Positions 14,901 through 30,500 of a stretch of DNA of 64,000 bases are shown here, in pieces. Numbering within the stretch: the stretch's first letter is position 1; every line of letters starts with the position of its first letter. The stretch lies in NCBI RefSeq assembly GCF_009914755.1, contig NC_060933.1, one strand, 5' to 3'. This DNA is from the human T2T-CHM13v2.0 reference genome, Homo sapiens. The notes under the pieces were generated by a model. That model was given only the letters and a program-made list of their open reading frames with translations. It had not been told where the DNA came from and searched no databases. The position numbers and the translations under genes were made by a program.

Positions 14901-17499
14901 TTCCATTCCATTCCATTCCATTCCATTCCATTCCATTCCATTACTTTCGGATTGATTCTTTTCAACTCCCTTACTCTCCATTACATTCCATTCCATTCGG
15001 GTTGTTCCATTCCATTCCATTCCATTCCACTCCATTCCATTGCACTCGGTTGATTCCATTCCATTCCATTCCATTCCGGATGATTCCATTCCATTGCATT
15101 CCGTTCCATTACATTCCCCTGCACTCGGGTTGATTCCATTCCATTCTATTCCATTCCATTCGATTCCATTCCATTCCCCTGCACTCGCGTTGATTCCATT
15201 CCATTCCATTCCATTCCATTCCATTCCATTCCATTCCATTCCTTTCCGTTCCATTCCATTCCATTCCATTGCATTCCGTTCCGTTCCGTTCCATTCCATT
15301 CCATTCCATTCTATTCGGGTTAATTCCATTCCATTCCATTGCAATCGAGTTGATTCCATTCCATTGCATTCCATTCCATTCCATTCCATTCCATTCATTT
15401 CCATTCCATTACGGATGATTCCATTCCATTGCATTCCATTCCATTCCATTCCCCTGTACTCGGGTTAATTCCATTCCATTCCATTTCATTCCATTCCATT
15501 CCGTTCCATTCCATTACATTCGGATTGTTTCTATTCAACTCCCTTACTCTCCATTACATTCCATTCCATTCGCGTTGTTCCATTCCATTCCATTCCATTC
15601 CACTCCATTCCATTGCACTCGTGTTGATTCCATTCCATTCCATTCCATTCCATTCCATTCCAATCCATTGTACTCGGTTTGATTCCATTCCATTGCATTC
15701 CATTCCATTCCATTCCATTCCTTTCCATTCCTTTCCATTACATTCGGATTGATTCTATTCAACTCCCTTACTCTCCATTACATTCCATTCCATTCTGGTA
15801 GTTCCATTCCATTCCATTCCATTCCATTCCACTCCATTCCATTGCACTCGTGTTGATTCCATTCCATTCCATTGCATTCCGTTCCGCATGATTCCATTCC
15901 ATTGCATTGCATTCCATTCCATTCCCCTGCAGTTGGGTTGATTCCATTCCATTCCATTCAATTCCATTCCATTCCATTCCATTCCGTTCCGTTCCATTCC
16001 ATTCCATTCCATTCCGTTCCATTCCATTCCTTTCCGTTCCATTCCATTCCATTCCATTCCATTCCATTCCATTCCGTTCCGTTCCGTTCCGTTCCATTCC
16101 ATTCCATTCCATTCTATTCGGGTTAATTCCATTCCATTCCATTCGAATGCAATCGAGTTGATTCCATTCCATTCCATTCCATTCCATTCCGTTCCATTCC
16201 ATTCCATTCCTTTCCATTCCATTACGGATGATTCCATTCCATTGCATTCCATTCCATTCCAATCCATTGTATTCGGGTTAATTCCATTCCATTCCATTCC
16301 ATTCCATTGCATTCCATTCCATTCCATTACAATCGAGTTGATTCCATTCCATTCCATTCCATTCCATTCCATTCCAGTCCTTTCCATTCCATTCCACTCG
16401 GGTTGATTCCATTCTATTAGTTTCCATTCCATTCCATTCCCTTCCATTCCACTCTGGTTGATTCCATTCCTTTCCATTCCACTCGAATACATTCTCTCCT
16501 ATTCCACTCGGAACGATTCTATTCCATTCCATTCCATTCCATTCCATTCCATTCCATTCCATTCCGGTTGATTCCATTCCATTGCAATCCATTCCATTCC
16601 ATTCCCCTGCACTCGCGTTGATTCCATTCCATTGCATTCCATTCCATTCCGTTCCGTTCCGTTCCATTCCATTCCATTCCATTCCGTTCCGTTCCGTTCC
16701 GTTGCATTCCATTCCATTCTATTCGGGTTAATTCCATTCCATTCCATTCGATTGCAATCGAGTTGATTCCATTCCATTCCATTCCATTCCATTCCATTCC
16801 ATTCCATTCCATTCCTTTCCATTACATTACGGATGATTCCATTCCATGGCATTCCATTCCATTCCATTCCCCTGTTATCGGTTTGATTTCATTCCATTCC
16901 ATTCCATTCCATGCCATTCCACTCCTGTTGATTCCATTCTTTCCATTCCATTCAAGTTGAATCCATTCCATTGCATTCCATTCCATTCGATTCCATTCGA
17001 TTGCACTCGGGTTGATTCCATTCCATTGCATTCCATTCCGTTCCGTTCCATTCCATTACTTTCGGATTGATTCTATTCAATTCCCTTACACTCCATTACA
17101 TTCCATTCCATTCGGGTAGTTTCCATTCCATTCCATTCCATTCTTCTCCATTCCATTGCACTCGGGTTGATTCCATTCCATTCCATTCCATTCCATTCCA
17201 TTCCATTCCGGATGATTCCATTCCATTGAATTCCATTCCATTCCATTCCCCTGCACTTGGGTTGATTCCATTCCATTCCATTCCATTCCTTTCCGTTCCA
17301 ATCCATTCCATTCAATTCCATTCCATTCTATTCGTGTTAATTCCATTCCATTCTATTCCATTCCATTCCATTGAAATCGAGTTGATTCCATTCCATTCCA
17401 TTCAATTCCATTCCATTCCGGATGATTCCATTCCATTGCATTCCATTCCATTCCATTCCCCTGCACTCGGGTTGAATCCATTCCATTCCATTCCATTCC

Positions 17500-20400
17500 A
17501 TTCCGTTCCATTCCGTTCCATTGCATTCTATTCGGGTTAATTCCATTCCATTCCATTCCACTCCATTCCAGTCTTTTCCATTCCATTCCACTCGGGTTGA
17601 TTCCTTTCTATTCCTTTCCATTCCATTCCATTCCATTGCAATCGGGTTGATTCCATTCGAGTTGAATCCATTCCATTCCATTCCATTCCATTACATTGCA
17701 CACAGGTTCATTCCATTCCATTCCATTAAATTCCATTCCACTCCATTTCATTCCATTCCATTCCATTCCATTCTATTCCGTACCATTCCATTCCATCCCA
17801 TTCCATTCCATTCCATTCCATTCCATGCCATTACACTCGGGTTGATTCCACTCCTTTCCATTCCATTCTTGTTGAATCCATTCCATTCCATTCCATTCCA
17901 TTCGAATCCATTCCATTGCACTCGGGTTGATTCCATTCCATTCCACTCCATTCCAGTTCATTCCATTCCATTCCATTACATTCAGATTGATTCTATTCAA
18001 TTCCCTTACACTCCATTACATTCCATTCCATTCGGGAAGTTTCCATTCCATTCCATTCCATTCCATTCCACTCCATTCCATTGCATTGGGTTGATTGCAT
18101 TCCATTCCATTCCATTCCATTCCGGATGATTCCATTCCATTGCATTCCATTCCATTCCATTCCCCTGCACTCGGGTTGATTACATTCCATTCCATTCCCT
18201 TCCATTCGTTTCCATTCCATTCCCTTCCATTCGTTTCCATTCCATTCCACTCCATTGCAATCGAGTTGATTCCATTCCATTCCATTCCATTCCATTCCAT
18301 TCCATTCCATTCCGGATGATTGCATTCCATTGCATTCCATTCCATTCCATTCCCCTGCACTCGGGTTGATTCCATTCCATTTCATTCCATTTCATTCCGT
18401 TCCATTCTATTCCATTCCATTCTATTCGAGTTAATTCCATTCCATTCCATTAAAATTCCATTCCATTCCATTCCATTGCAATCGAGTTGATTCCATTCCA
18501 TTCCATTCCATTCCATTCCATTCCAGTCGATTTGATTCCATTGCATTCCATTCCATTCCACTCCATTCCAGTCCTTTGCATTCCATTCCACTCGGGTTGA
18601 TTCCAGTCTATTCCTTTCCATTCCATTCCATTCCATTGCAATCGAGTTGATTCCTTTCGAGTTGAATCCATTCCATTCCATTCCATTCCATTGCACACGG
18701 GTTCATTCCATTCCATTCCATTCCATTTCATTCCATTCCATTCTATTCCGTACCATTCCATTCCATCCCGTTCCATTCCATTCCATTCCATGCCATTACA
18801 CTCGGGTTGATTCCATTCCTTTCCATTCCATTCTTGTTGAATCCATTCCATTCCATTCCATTATATTCGAATCCATTCCATTCCATTCGAATCCATTCCA
18901 TTGCACTCGGTTTGATCCATTCCATTCCATTCCATTCCATTTCATTCCATTTCCTTCCATTTCATTCGGACTGGTTCTATTCAATTGCCTTACTCTCCAT
19001 TACATTCCATTCCATTCTCGATGTTTCCATTCCATTCCATTCCATTCCATTCCATTCCATTCCATTGCATCGGGATCATTCCATTCCATTCCATTCCATT
19101 CCATTCCATTCCATTCCATTCCATTCCATTCCGGATGATTCCATTCCATTGCATTCCATTCCACTCCATTCCCCTGCACTCGGGTTGATTGCATTCCATT
19201 TCCTTCCCTTCCATTCCTTTCCATTCCATTCCATTCCATTCTATTCGGGTTAATTCCATTCCATTCAACTCCATTCCACTCCATTCCATTCCATTTCATT
19301 CCATTCCATTGCAATCGAGTTGATTCCATTCCATTCCATTCCATTCCGTTCCGGATGATTCCATTCCATTGCATTCCATTCCATTCCATTCCCGTGCAGT
19401 CGGGTTGATTGCATTCCATTCCATTCCATTCCACTCCATTCCGTTCTGTTCCATTCCATTCCATTCCATTCCATTCTATTCTGGTTAATTCCATTCCATT
19501 CCATTCCATTCCATTCCAATCGAGTTGATTCCATTCCATTCCATTCCATTCCATTCCACTCCATTCCAGTCCTTTGCATTCCATTCCACTCTGGTTGATT
19601 CCATTCTATTCCTTTCCATTCCAATCCATTCCATTGCAATCGAGTTGATTCCATTCGAGTTGAATCCATTCCATTCCATTTCATTCTATTACATTGCACA
19701 CGGGTTCATTCCATTCCATTCCATAAATTCCATTCCATTCCATTTCATTCCATTCCATTCTATTCCGTACCATTCCATTCCATCCCATTCCATTCCATTC
19801 CATTCCATTCCATCCCATTGCATTCGATTCCATTCCATTCCATGCCATTACACTCGGGTTGATTCCATTCCTTTGCATTCCATTCTTGTTGAATCCATTC
19901 CATTCCATTCCATTCCATTCGAATCCATTCCATTGCACTCGGGTTGATTCCATTCCATTCCATTCCATTCCATTTCATTCCTTTCCATTCCATTACATTC
20001 GGATTGATTCTATTCAATTCCCTTACACTCCATTACATTCCATTCCATTCGGGATGTTTCCATTCCATTCCATTCCATTCCATTCCACTCCATTCCATTG
20101 CATCGCGTTGATTGCATTCCATTCCAATCCATTCCATTCCGGATGATTCCATTCCATTGCATTCCATTCCATTCCATTCCCCTGCACTCGGGTTGATTAC
20201 ATTCCATTCCATTCCCTTCCATTCCTTTCCATTCCATTCCACTCCATTGCAATCGAGTTGATTCCATTCCATTCCATTCCATTCCATTCCATTCCATTCC
20301 ATTCCATTCCATTCCATTCCATTCCATTCCGGATGATTGCATTCCATTGCATTCCATTCCATTCCATTCCCCTGCACTCGTATTGATTCCATTCCATTTC

Positions 20401-21970
20401 ATTCCATTACATTCCGTTCCATTCCATTCCATTCCATTCTATTCAGGTTAATACCATTCCATTCCATTCCATTCCATTCCATTCCAATCGAGTTGATTCC
20501 ATTCCATTCCATTCCATTCCATTCCTTTCCATTCCATTCCAATCGATTTGATTCCATTCCATTCCATTCCATTCCACTCCATTCCAGTCCTTTCCTTTCC
20601 ATTCCACTTGGGTTGATTCCATTCTATTCCTTTCCATTCCATTCCATTCCATTGCAATCGAGTTTATTCCATTCGAGTTGCATACATTGCATTCCATTCC
20701 ATTCCATTCCATTGCACACGGGTTCATTCCATTCCATTCCATTAAATTCCATTCCATTCCATTTCATTCCATTCCATTCTATTCCGTACCATTCCATTCC
20801 ATCCCATTCCATTCCATTCCATTCCATTCCATGCCATTACACTCGGGTTGATTCCATTCCTTTCCATTCCATTCCTGTTGAATCCATTCCATTCCATTCC
20901 ATTCCATTCGAATCCATTCCATTGCACTCGGGTTGATTCCATTCCATTCCATTCCATTCCATTTCATTCCATTCCATTCCATTACATTCGGATTTATTCT
21001 ATTCAATTCCCTTACACTCCATTACATTACATTCCATTCGGGATGTTTCCATTCCATTCCATTCCATTCCACTCCATTCCATTGCATCGGGTTGATTGTA
21101 TTCCATTCCATTCCATTCCATTCCATTCTGGATGATTCCATTCCATTGCATTCCATTCCATTCCATTCCCCTGCACTCGGGTTGATTACATTCCATTCCA
21201 TTCCCTTCCATTCCTTTCCATTCCATTCCACTCCATTGCAATCGAGTTGATTCCATTCCATTCCATTCCACTCCATTCCATTCCATTCCATTCCATTCCG
21301 GATGATTGCATTCCATGACATTCCATTCCATTCCGTTCCCCTGCACTCGGGTTGATTCCATTCCATTTCATTCCATTACATTCCGTTCCATTCCATTCCA
21401 TTCCATTCTATTCGGGTAAATTCTATTCCATTCCATTCCATTCCATTCCATTCCGTTCCATTCCATTCCATTGCAATCTAGTTGATTCGACTCCATTCCA
21501 TTCCATTCCATTGCATTCCAATCGATTTGATTCCATTCCATTCCATTCCATTCCAGTCCATTCCAGTCCTTTCCATTCCATTCCAGTGGGGTTGATTCCA
21601 TTCTATTCCCTTCCATTCCATTCCATTCCATTGCAATCGAGTTGATACCATTCCATTCCATTCCATTCCATTCCATTCCATTCCATTCCATTCCATTTCA
21701 TTCCATTCCATTCTATTCCGTACCATTCCATTCTATCCCATTCCATTCCATTCCATTCCACGCCATTACACTCGGGTTGATTCCATTCCTTTCCATTCCA
21801 TTCTTGTTGAATCCATTCCATTCCATTCCATTCCATTCGAATCCATTCCATTGCACTCGGTTTGATTCCATTCCATTGCATTCCATTCCATTCCATTTCA
21901 TTCCATTCCCTTCCATTACATTGAGACTGATTCTATTCAATTCCCTTACACTCCAATACATTCCATTCCA
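17500..21970 (+). repeat. Distinct HSat3 sub-domain with ~1-kb higher-order period (about 5 diverged copies)
   Basis: The marker TTC(T/C)TGTTGAATCC occurs at ~17866, 18831, 19883, 20872 and 21801 (spacings ~930-1050). ORF pairs 19859/20848 and 20010/20999 are offset by 989. Modules GCACACGGGTTCATT, GCCATTACACTCGGG and GGGATGTTTCC are seen only here. Confidence 0.82.
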
Positions 21971-24059
21971 TTCGGGATGTTTCCATTCCTTTCCATTCCA
22001 TTCCATTCTATTCCATTCCGGATGATTCCATTCCATTGCATTCCATTCCATTCCATTCCATTCTATTCCATTCCGGATGATTCCATTCCATTGCATTCCA
22101 TTCCATTCCATTCCCGTGCAGTCGGGTTGATTCCATTCCATTCCATTCCATTCCATTCCATTCCATTCCATTCCATTCCATTCCGTTCCATTCCATTCCA
22201 TTCCATTCCATTCTATTCGGGTCAACTCCATTCCATTCCATTCCATTCAAATTCCATTCCACTCCATTCCAATCGAGTTGATTCCATTCCATTCCTTTCC
22301 ATTCCATTCCACTCCATTCCAGTCCTTTCCATTCCATTCCACTCGGGTTGATTCCATTTTATTCATTTCCATTCCATTCCATTCCATTGCAATCGAGTTG
22401 ATTCCATTGTTTTGCATTCCATTCCATTCCATTCCATTCCGGATGATTCCATTCCATTGCATTCCATTCCATTCCATTCCCCTGCACTCGGGTTGATTCC
22501 ATTCCATTCCACTCCATTCCGTTCCATTCCATTCCATTCCATTGTATTCGGGTTAATTCCATTCCATTCCATTCCATTCCATTCCATTCCATTCCATTCC
22601 ATTCCATTCGAGTTGATTCCATTCCATTCCATTCCATACCATTCCATTCCATTCCATTCCATTCCATTCCATTCCGTTCCATTCCGTTCCATTCCGTTCC
22701 ATTCCATTCCATTCCATTCCATTCCGGATGATTCCATTCCATTGAATTCCATTCCATTCCATTCCCCTGCACTTGGGTTGATTCCATTCCATTCCATTCC
22801 ATTCCTTTCCGTTCCATTCCATTCCATTCCATTCCATTCTATTCGTGTTAATTCCATTCCATTCTATTACATTCCATTCCATTGAAATCGAGTTGATTCC
22901 ATTCCATTCCATTCCATTCCATTCCATTGCATTCCGGATGATTCCATTCCATTGCATTCAATTCCATTCCATTCCCCTGCACTCGGGTTGATTACATTCC
23001 ATTCCATTCCCTTCCATTCCTTTCCATTCCATTCCATTCCATTCTATTCGTGTTAATTCCATTCCATTCCACTCCATTCCATTCCATTCCATTCCATTCC
23101 ATTCCATTCCATTGCAATCGAGTTGATTCCATTCCATTCCATTCCATTCCGTTCCGGATGATTCCATTCCATTGCATTGCAATCCATTCCATTCCCGTGC
23201 AGTCGGGTTGATTCCATTCCATTCCATTCCATTCCATTCCATTCCATTCCATTCCATTCCATTCCGTTCCATTCCTTTCCATTCCATTCCATTCTATTCG
23301 GGTAAATTCCATTCCATTCCATTCCATTCCATTCCATTCAAATTCCATTGCACTCCATTCCAATCGAGTTGATTCCATTCCATTCCGTTCCATTCCATTC
23401 CACTCCATTCCAGTCCTTTCCATTCCATTCCCTCGGGTTGATTCCATTCTATTCATATACATTCCATTCCATTCCATTGCAATCGAGTTCATTGAATTGT
23501 TTTGCATTCCATTCCGTTCCATTCCATTCCGGATGATTCCATTCCATTGCATTCCATTCCATTCCATTCCTGTGCACTCGGGTTGATTCCATTCCATTCC
23601 ACTCCATTCCATTCCATTCCATTCCATTCCATTGTATTCGGGTTACTTCCATTCCATTCCATTCCATTGCACTCCATTCCATTCCATTCCATTCCATTAC
23701 AATCGAGATGATTCCATTCCATTCCATTCCATACCATTCCATTCCATTCCATTCCATTCCATTCCGTTACATTCCGTTCAATTCCATTCCATTCCATTCT
23801 ATTCGGGTTAATTCCATTCCATTCCATTCCATTCCATTCTATTCGTGTTAATTCCATTCCAGTCTATTCCATTCCATTCCATTGAAATCGAGTTGATTCC
23901 ATTCCATTCCATTCCATTCCATTCCGGATGATTCCATTCCATTGCATTCCATTCCATTCCATTCCCCTGCATTCGAGTTGATTCCATTCCATTCCATTCC
24001 ATTCCATTCCATTCCATTCCGTTCCGTTCCATTCCATTCCATTCCATTCCATTCCATTG

Positions 24060-24560
24060 CAATCGAGTTGATTCCATTCCTTTCCTTTCCATTCCATTCC
24101 ATTGCCTTGCATTCCACTCGGGTTGATTCCATTCCCTTCTTTCCACTCCGTTACATTCCCTTCCATTCCACTCGGAATGATTGATGCCATTCCATTCCAT
24201 TGCATTTCATTCCATTGCAATCCATTCCAATCCATGCCGTTCCATTCCATTCCACTCGAGTTGATTTCATTCCATTCCATTCCATTCCATTCCATTCCTT
24301 TCCACTCGAGTTGATTCCATTCCATGCCATTCCATTGCATTCCATTCCATGCCATTCCACTCGGGTTGATTCCATTCCATTCCATTCCATTCCATTCCAT
24401 TCCATTCCATTGCATTCCATTCCATTCCATTCCCCTGCACTCGGGTTTCTTCCATTCCATTCCATTCCATTTAATTCCATTCCATTCCATTCCATTCCAT
24501 TCCAATCCGTTCCATTCCATTCCATTCCATTCCATTGCAATCTACTTGATTCCATTCCAT
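24060..24560 (+). repeat. Atypical ~500-bp block, copy 1 (second copy at +8,326)
   Basis: Contains CCATTGCCTTGCATTCC, CCCTTCTTTCCACTCC, AATGATTGAT and two CTCGAG sites (24255, 24305). ORF pairs 24102/32428, 24151/32477 and 24324/32650 are all offset by 8326. Confidence 0.85.
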
Positions 24561-27500
24561 TCCATTCCATTCCATTCCATTCCATTCCATTCCATTCCAT
24601 TGCATTCCATGCGATTCCACTCGGGTTGATTCCATTCCTATCCATTCCATTCGGGTTGAATCCATTCCACTCCATTCCATTCCATTCGAATCCATTCCAT
24701 TGCACTCGGGTTGATTCCATTCCATTCCATTCGATTCCATTCCATTCCATTCCATTCCATTCCATTTCATTACATTCAGATTGATTCTATTCAATTCCCT
24801 TACACTCCATTATATTCCAATCCATTCTGGTTGTTTCCATTCCATTCCATTCCATTTCACTCCATTCCATTGCACTCGGTTTGATTCCATTCCATTCCAT
24901 TCCATTCCATTCCGGATGATTCCATTCCATTGCATTCCGTTCCATTCCATTCCCCTGCACTCTGGTTGATTCCATTCCATTCCATTCCACTCCATTTGGT
25001 TCCGTTCCATTCCATTCTATTGCATTCCATTCTATTCGGGTTAATTCCATTCCATTCTATTCCATTCCATTCCATTGCAATGGAGTTGATTCCATTCCAT
25101 TCCATTCCATTCCATTCCGGATGATTCCATTCCATTGCATTCCATTCCATTCCATTCCATTCCATTCCGGATGATTCCATTCCATTGCATTCCATTCCAT
25201 TCCATTCCCCTGCACTCGTGTTGATTCCATTCCCTTCCATTCCATTCCATTCCGTTCCATTCCATTGCATTCCATTCTATTCCAGTTAATTCCATTCCAT
25301 TCCACTCGATTGCAATCGAGTTGATTCCATTCCATTCCATTCCATTCCATTCCATTCCTTTCCTTTCCATTCCATTACGGATGATTCCATTCCATTGCAT
25401 TCCATTCCATTCCATTCAATTCCATTCCGTTCCATTCCATTCCATTACATTCGGATTGATTCAATTCAACTCCCTTACTCTCCATTACATTCCATTCCAT
25501 TCGGGTTGTTCCATTCCATTCCATTCCATTCCACTCCATTCCATTGCACTCGGGTTTATTCCATTCCATTCCATTCCATTCCATTCCGGAAGATTCCATT
25601 CCATTGCATTCCATTCCATTCCATTCCCCTGCATTCGCGTTGATTACATTCCATTCCATTCCATTCCATTCTATTCCATTCCTTTCCGTTCCATTCCATT
25701 CCATTCCATTCCATTCCAATCCATTCCATTCCGTTCCGTTCCGTTCCATTCCATTCCATTCCATTCTATTCGGGTTAATTCCATTCCATTCCATTCGATT
25801 GCCAACGAGTTGATTCCATTCCATTCCATTCCATTCCATTCCATTCCACTCCTTTCCATTACATTACGGATGATTCCATTCCATTGCATTCCATTCCATT
25901 CCATTCCCCTGTACTCGGGTTGATTCCATTCCATTCCATTCCAATCCATGCCATTCCACTCGTGTTGATTCCATTCTTTCCATTCCATTCATGTTGAATC
26001 CATTCCATTGCATTCCATTCCATTCCATTCCATTCCCCTGCAGTCGGGTTGTTTCCATTCCATTCCATTCCATTCCATTCCATTCCATTCCATTCCGTTC
26101 CGTTCCATTCCATTCCATTGCATTCTATTCGGGTTAATTCCATTCAATTCCATTCCATTCCATTCCAATCGAGTTGATTCCATTCCATTCCATTCCATTC
26201 CATTCCACTCCATTCCAGTCCTTTCCATTCCATTCCACTCGGGTTGATTCCAATGTATTCCTTTCCATTCCATTCCATTCCATTGCAATCGAGTTGATTC
26301 CATTGCTTTGCATTCCATTCCATTCCATTCCATTCCATTCCGGATGATTCCATTCCATTGCATTCCATTCCATTCCATTCCCCTGCACTCGGGTTGATTC
26401 CATTCCATTCCTCTCCATTCCGTTCCATTCCATTCCATTGCATTGTATTCAGGTTAATTCCATTCCATTCCATTCCATTCCATTACAATTGAGTTGATTC
26501 CATTCCATTCCATTCCATTCCAGTCCTTTCCATTCCATTCCACTCGGGTTGATTCCATTCTATTAGTTTCCATTCCATTCCATTCCGTTCCATTCCACTC
26601 TGGTTGATTCCATTCCTTTCCATTCCACTCGAATACATTCCCTCCTATTCCACTCGGAACGATTCCATTCCATTCCATTCCATTCCATTCCATTCCATTC
26701 CATTCCATTTCGTTCCATTCCATTCTTTTCCGTATCATTCCATTCAATTCCATTCCATTTCATTCCATTCCATTCCATTCCATTCCATTCCATTCCATTG
26801 TACTCGGGTTGATTCCATTCCATTGCATTCCATTCCATTCCATTCCATTCCATTCCGTTGCATTCCATTCCATTACATTCAGATTGATTCTATTCAACTC
26901 CCTTACTGTCCATTACATTCCATTCCATTCGGGTTGTTCCATTCCATTCCATTCCATTCCACTCCATTCCATTGCACTCGGGTTGATTCCATTCCATTCC
27001 ATTCCATTCCATTCCATTCCATTCCATTCCGGATGATTCCATTCCATTGCATTCCGTTCCATTACATTCCCCTGCACTCGCGTTGATTCCATTCCATTCC
27101 ATTCCATTCTATTCAATTCCATTCCATTACAATTCGTTCCATTCCATTCTATTCCGTACCATTCCATTCCATTTCATACCATTCCATTCCATTCCATTCC
27201 ATTCCATTCCATTCCATTCCATTCCGTTCCATTCCATTCCATTCTATTCGGGTTAATTCCATTCCATTCCATTCCATTCCATTCTTTTCCATTCCATTGC
27301 AATCGAGTTGAATCCATTGCATTTCATTCCATTCCATTCCATTCCATTCCATTCCGGAAGATTCCATTCCATTGCATTCCATTCCATTCCATTCCCCTGC
27401 ACTCGCGTTGATTCCATTCCATTCCATTCCATTCCATTCCATTCCATTCCATTCCATTCCCTTCCGTTCCTTTCCATTCCATTCCATTCCATTCCATTCC

Positions 27501-30500
27501 GTTCCGTTCCATTCCATTCCATTCCATTCTATTCGGGTTAATTCCATTCCATTCCATTCGATTGCAATCGTGTTGATTCCATTCCATTCCATTCCATTCC
27601 ATTCCATTCCATTCCCCTGTACTCGGGTTGAATCCATTCCATTGCATTCCAATCCATGCCCTTCCACTCGTGTTGATTCCATTCTTTCCATTCCATTCAA
27701 GTTGAATCCATTCCATTGCATTCCATTCCATTCGATTACATTCGATTGCACTCGGGTTGATTCCATTCCATTGCATTCTATTCCATTCCATTCCATTCCA
27801 TTCCATTCCATTCCATTCCGTTCCATTCCATTCCATTACATTCGGATTGATTCTATTCAATTCCCTTACACTCCATTACATTCCATTCCATTCGGGTAGT
27901 TTCCACTCCATTCCATTCCATTCCTCTCCATTCCATTGCACTCGGGTTGATTCCATTCCATTGCATTCCATTCCATTCCATTCAATTCCATTCCGTTCCA
28001 TTCTATTCCTTTACATTCGGATTGATTCTATTCAACTCCCTTACTCTCCATTACATTCCATTCCATTCGGGCTGTTCCATTCCATTCCATTCCATTCCAC
28101 TCCATTCCATTGCACTCGGGTTTATTCCATTCCATTCCATTCCATTCCATTCCATTCCATTCCGGAAGATTCCATTCCATTGCATTCCATTCCATTCCAT
28201 TCCCCTGCACTCGCGTTGATTCCATTCCATTCCATACCATTCCATTCCATTCCATTCCATTCCATTCCATTCCTTTCCGTTCCATTCCATTCCATTCCAT
28301 TCCATTCCATTCCGTTCCATTCCGTTCCATTCCATTCCATTCCATTCTATTCGGGTTAATTCCATTCCATTCCATTCGATTGCAATCGAGTTGATTCCAT
28401 TCCATTCCATTCCATTCCATTCCATTCCATTCCATTCCTTTCCATTCCATTACGGATGATTCCATTCCATTGCATTCCATTCCATTCCATTCCCCTGTAC
28501 TCGGGTTCATTCCATTCCGTTCCATTCCAATCCATGCCATTTCACTCGTGTTGATTCCATTCTTTCCATTCCATTCAAGTTGAATCCATTCCATTGCATT
28601 CCATTCCATTCCATTCCATTTCGTTCCATTCCATTCTATTCCGTATCATTCCATTCCATTCCATTCCATTCCATTCCATTCCATTCCATTCCACTCGTGT
28701 TGATTCCATTCCTTTCCATTCCATTCGGTTTGAAGGCATTCCATTCCATTCCATTCCATTCCATTCCATTCCATTGTACTCGGGTTGATTGCATTCCATT
28801 GCATTGCATTACATTCCATTCCGTTGCATTCCATTCCATTACATTCGGAATGATTCTATTCAACTCCCTTATTCTCCATTACATTCCATTCCATTCGGGT
28901 TGTTCCATTCCATTCCATTCCATTCCACTCCATTCCATTGCACTCGGGTTGATTCCATTCCACTCCATTCCATTCCATTCCATTCCATTCCGGATGATTC
29001 CATTCCATTGCATTCCGTTCCATTACATTCCCCTGCACTCGCGTTGATTCCATTCCATTCCATTCAATTCCATTCCATTACAATTCGTTACATTCCATTC
29101 TATTCCGTACCATTCCATTCCATTCCATACCATTCCATTCCATTCCATTCCATTCCATTCCGTTCCATTCCGTTCCATTACATTCCATTCCATTCTATTC
29201 GGGTTAATTCTATTCCATTCCGTTCCATTCCATTCTATTCCATTCCATTGCAATCGAGTTGAATCCATTGCATTTCATTCCATTCCATTCCATTCTATTC
29301 CATTGCGTTCCTTTCCATTCCATTCCATTCCATTCTATTCGGGTTAATTCCATTCCATTCCATTCGATTGCAATCGAGTTGATTCCATTCCATTGCATTC
29401 CATTCCAATCGATTCCATTCGATTGCACTCGGGTTGATTCCATTCCATTGCATTCCATTCCATTCCATTCCATTCCATTCCATTCCATTCCATTCAGTTC
29501 CATTCCTTTCCATTACATTCGGATTGATTCTATTCAATTCCCTTACACTCCATTACATTCCATTCCATTCGGGTAGTTTCCAGTCCATTCCATTCCATTC
29601 CTCTCCATTCCATTGCACTCGGGTTGATTCCATTCCATTGCATTCCATTCCATTCCATTCAATTCCATTCCGTTCCATTCCATTCCATTACATTCGGATT
29701 GATTCTATTCAACTCCCTTACTCTCCATTACATTACATTTCATTCGGGTTGTTACATTCCATTCCATTCCATTCCACTCCATTCCATTGCACTCGGGTTT
29801 ATTCCATTCCATTCCATTCCATTCCATTCCGGAAGATTCCATTCCATTGCATTCCATTACATTCCATTCCCCTGCACTCGCGTTGATTCCATTCCATTCC
29901 ATTCCATTCCATTCCATTCCGTTCCGTTCCGTTCCATTCATTTCCATTCCATTCCATTCCATTCCATTCCATTCCGTTCCGTTCCGTTCCGTTCCATTCC
30001 ATTCCATTCCATTCTATTCGGGTTAATTCCATTCCATTCCATTCTGTTGTAATCCTGTTGATTCCATTCCATTCCATTCCATTCCATTCCATTCCATTCC
30101 ATTCCATTCCATTCCTTTCCATTCCATTACGGATGATTCCATTCCATTGCATTCCATTCCATTCCATTCCCCTGTACTCGGGTTGATTCCATTCCATTGC
30201 ATTCCAATCCATGCCCTTCCACTCGTGTTGATTCCATTCTTTCCATTCCATTCAAGTTGAATCCATTCCATTGCATTCCATTCCATTCGATTCCATTCGA
30301 TTGCACTCGGGTTGATTCCATTCCATTGCATTCCATTCCAGTCCATTCCATTCCATTCCATTCCATTCCGTTCCATTCCTTTCCATTCCATTCGGATTGA
30401 TTCTATTCAATTCCCTTACACTCCATTACATTCCATTCCATTCGGGTAGTTTCCATTCCATTCCATTCCATTCCTCTCCATTCCATTGCACTCGGGTTTA

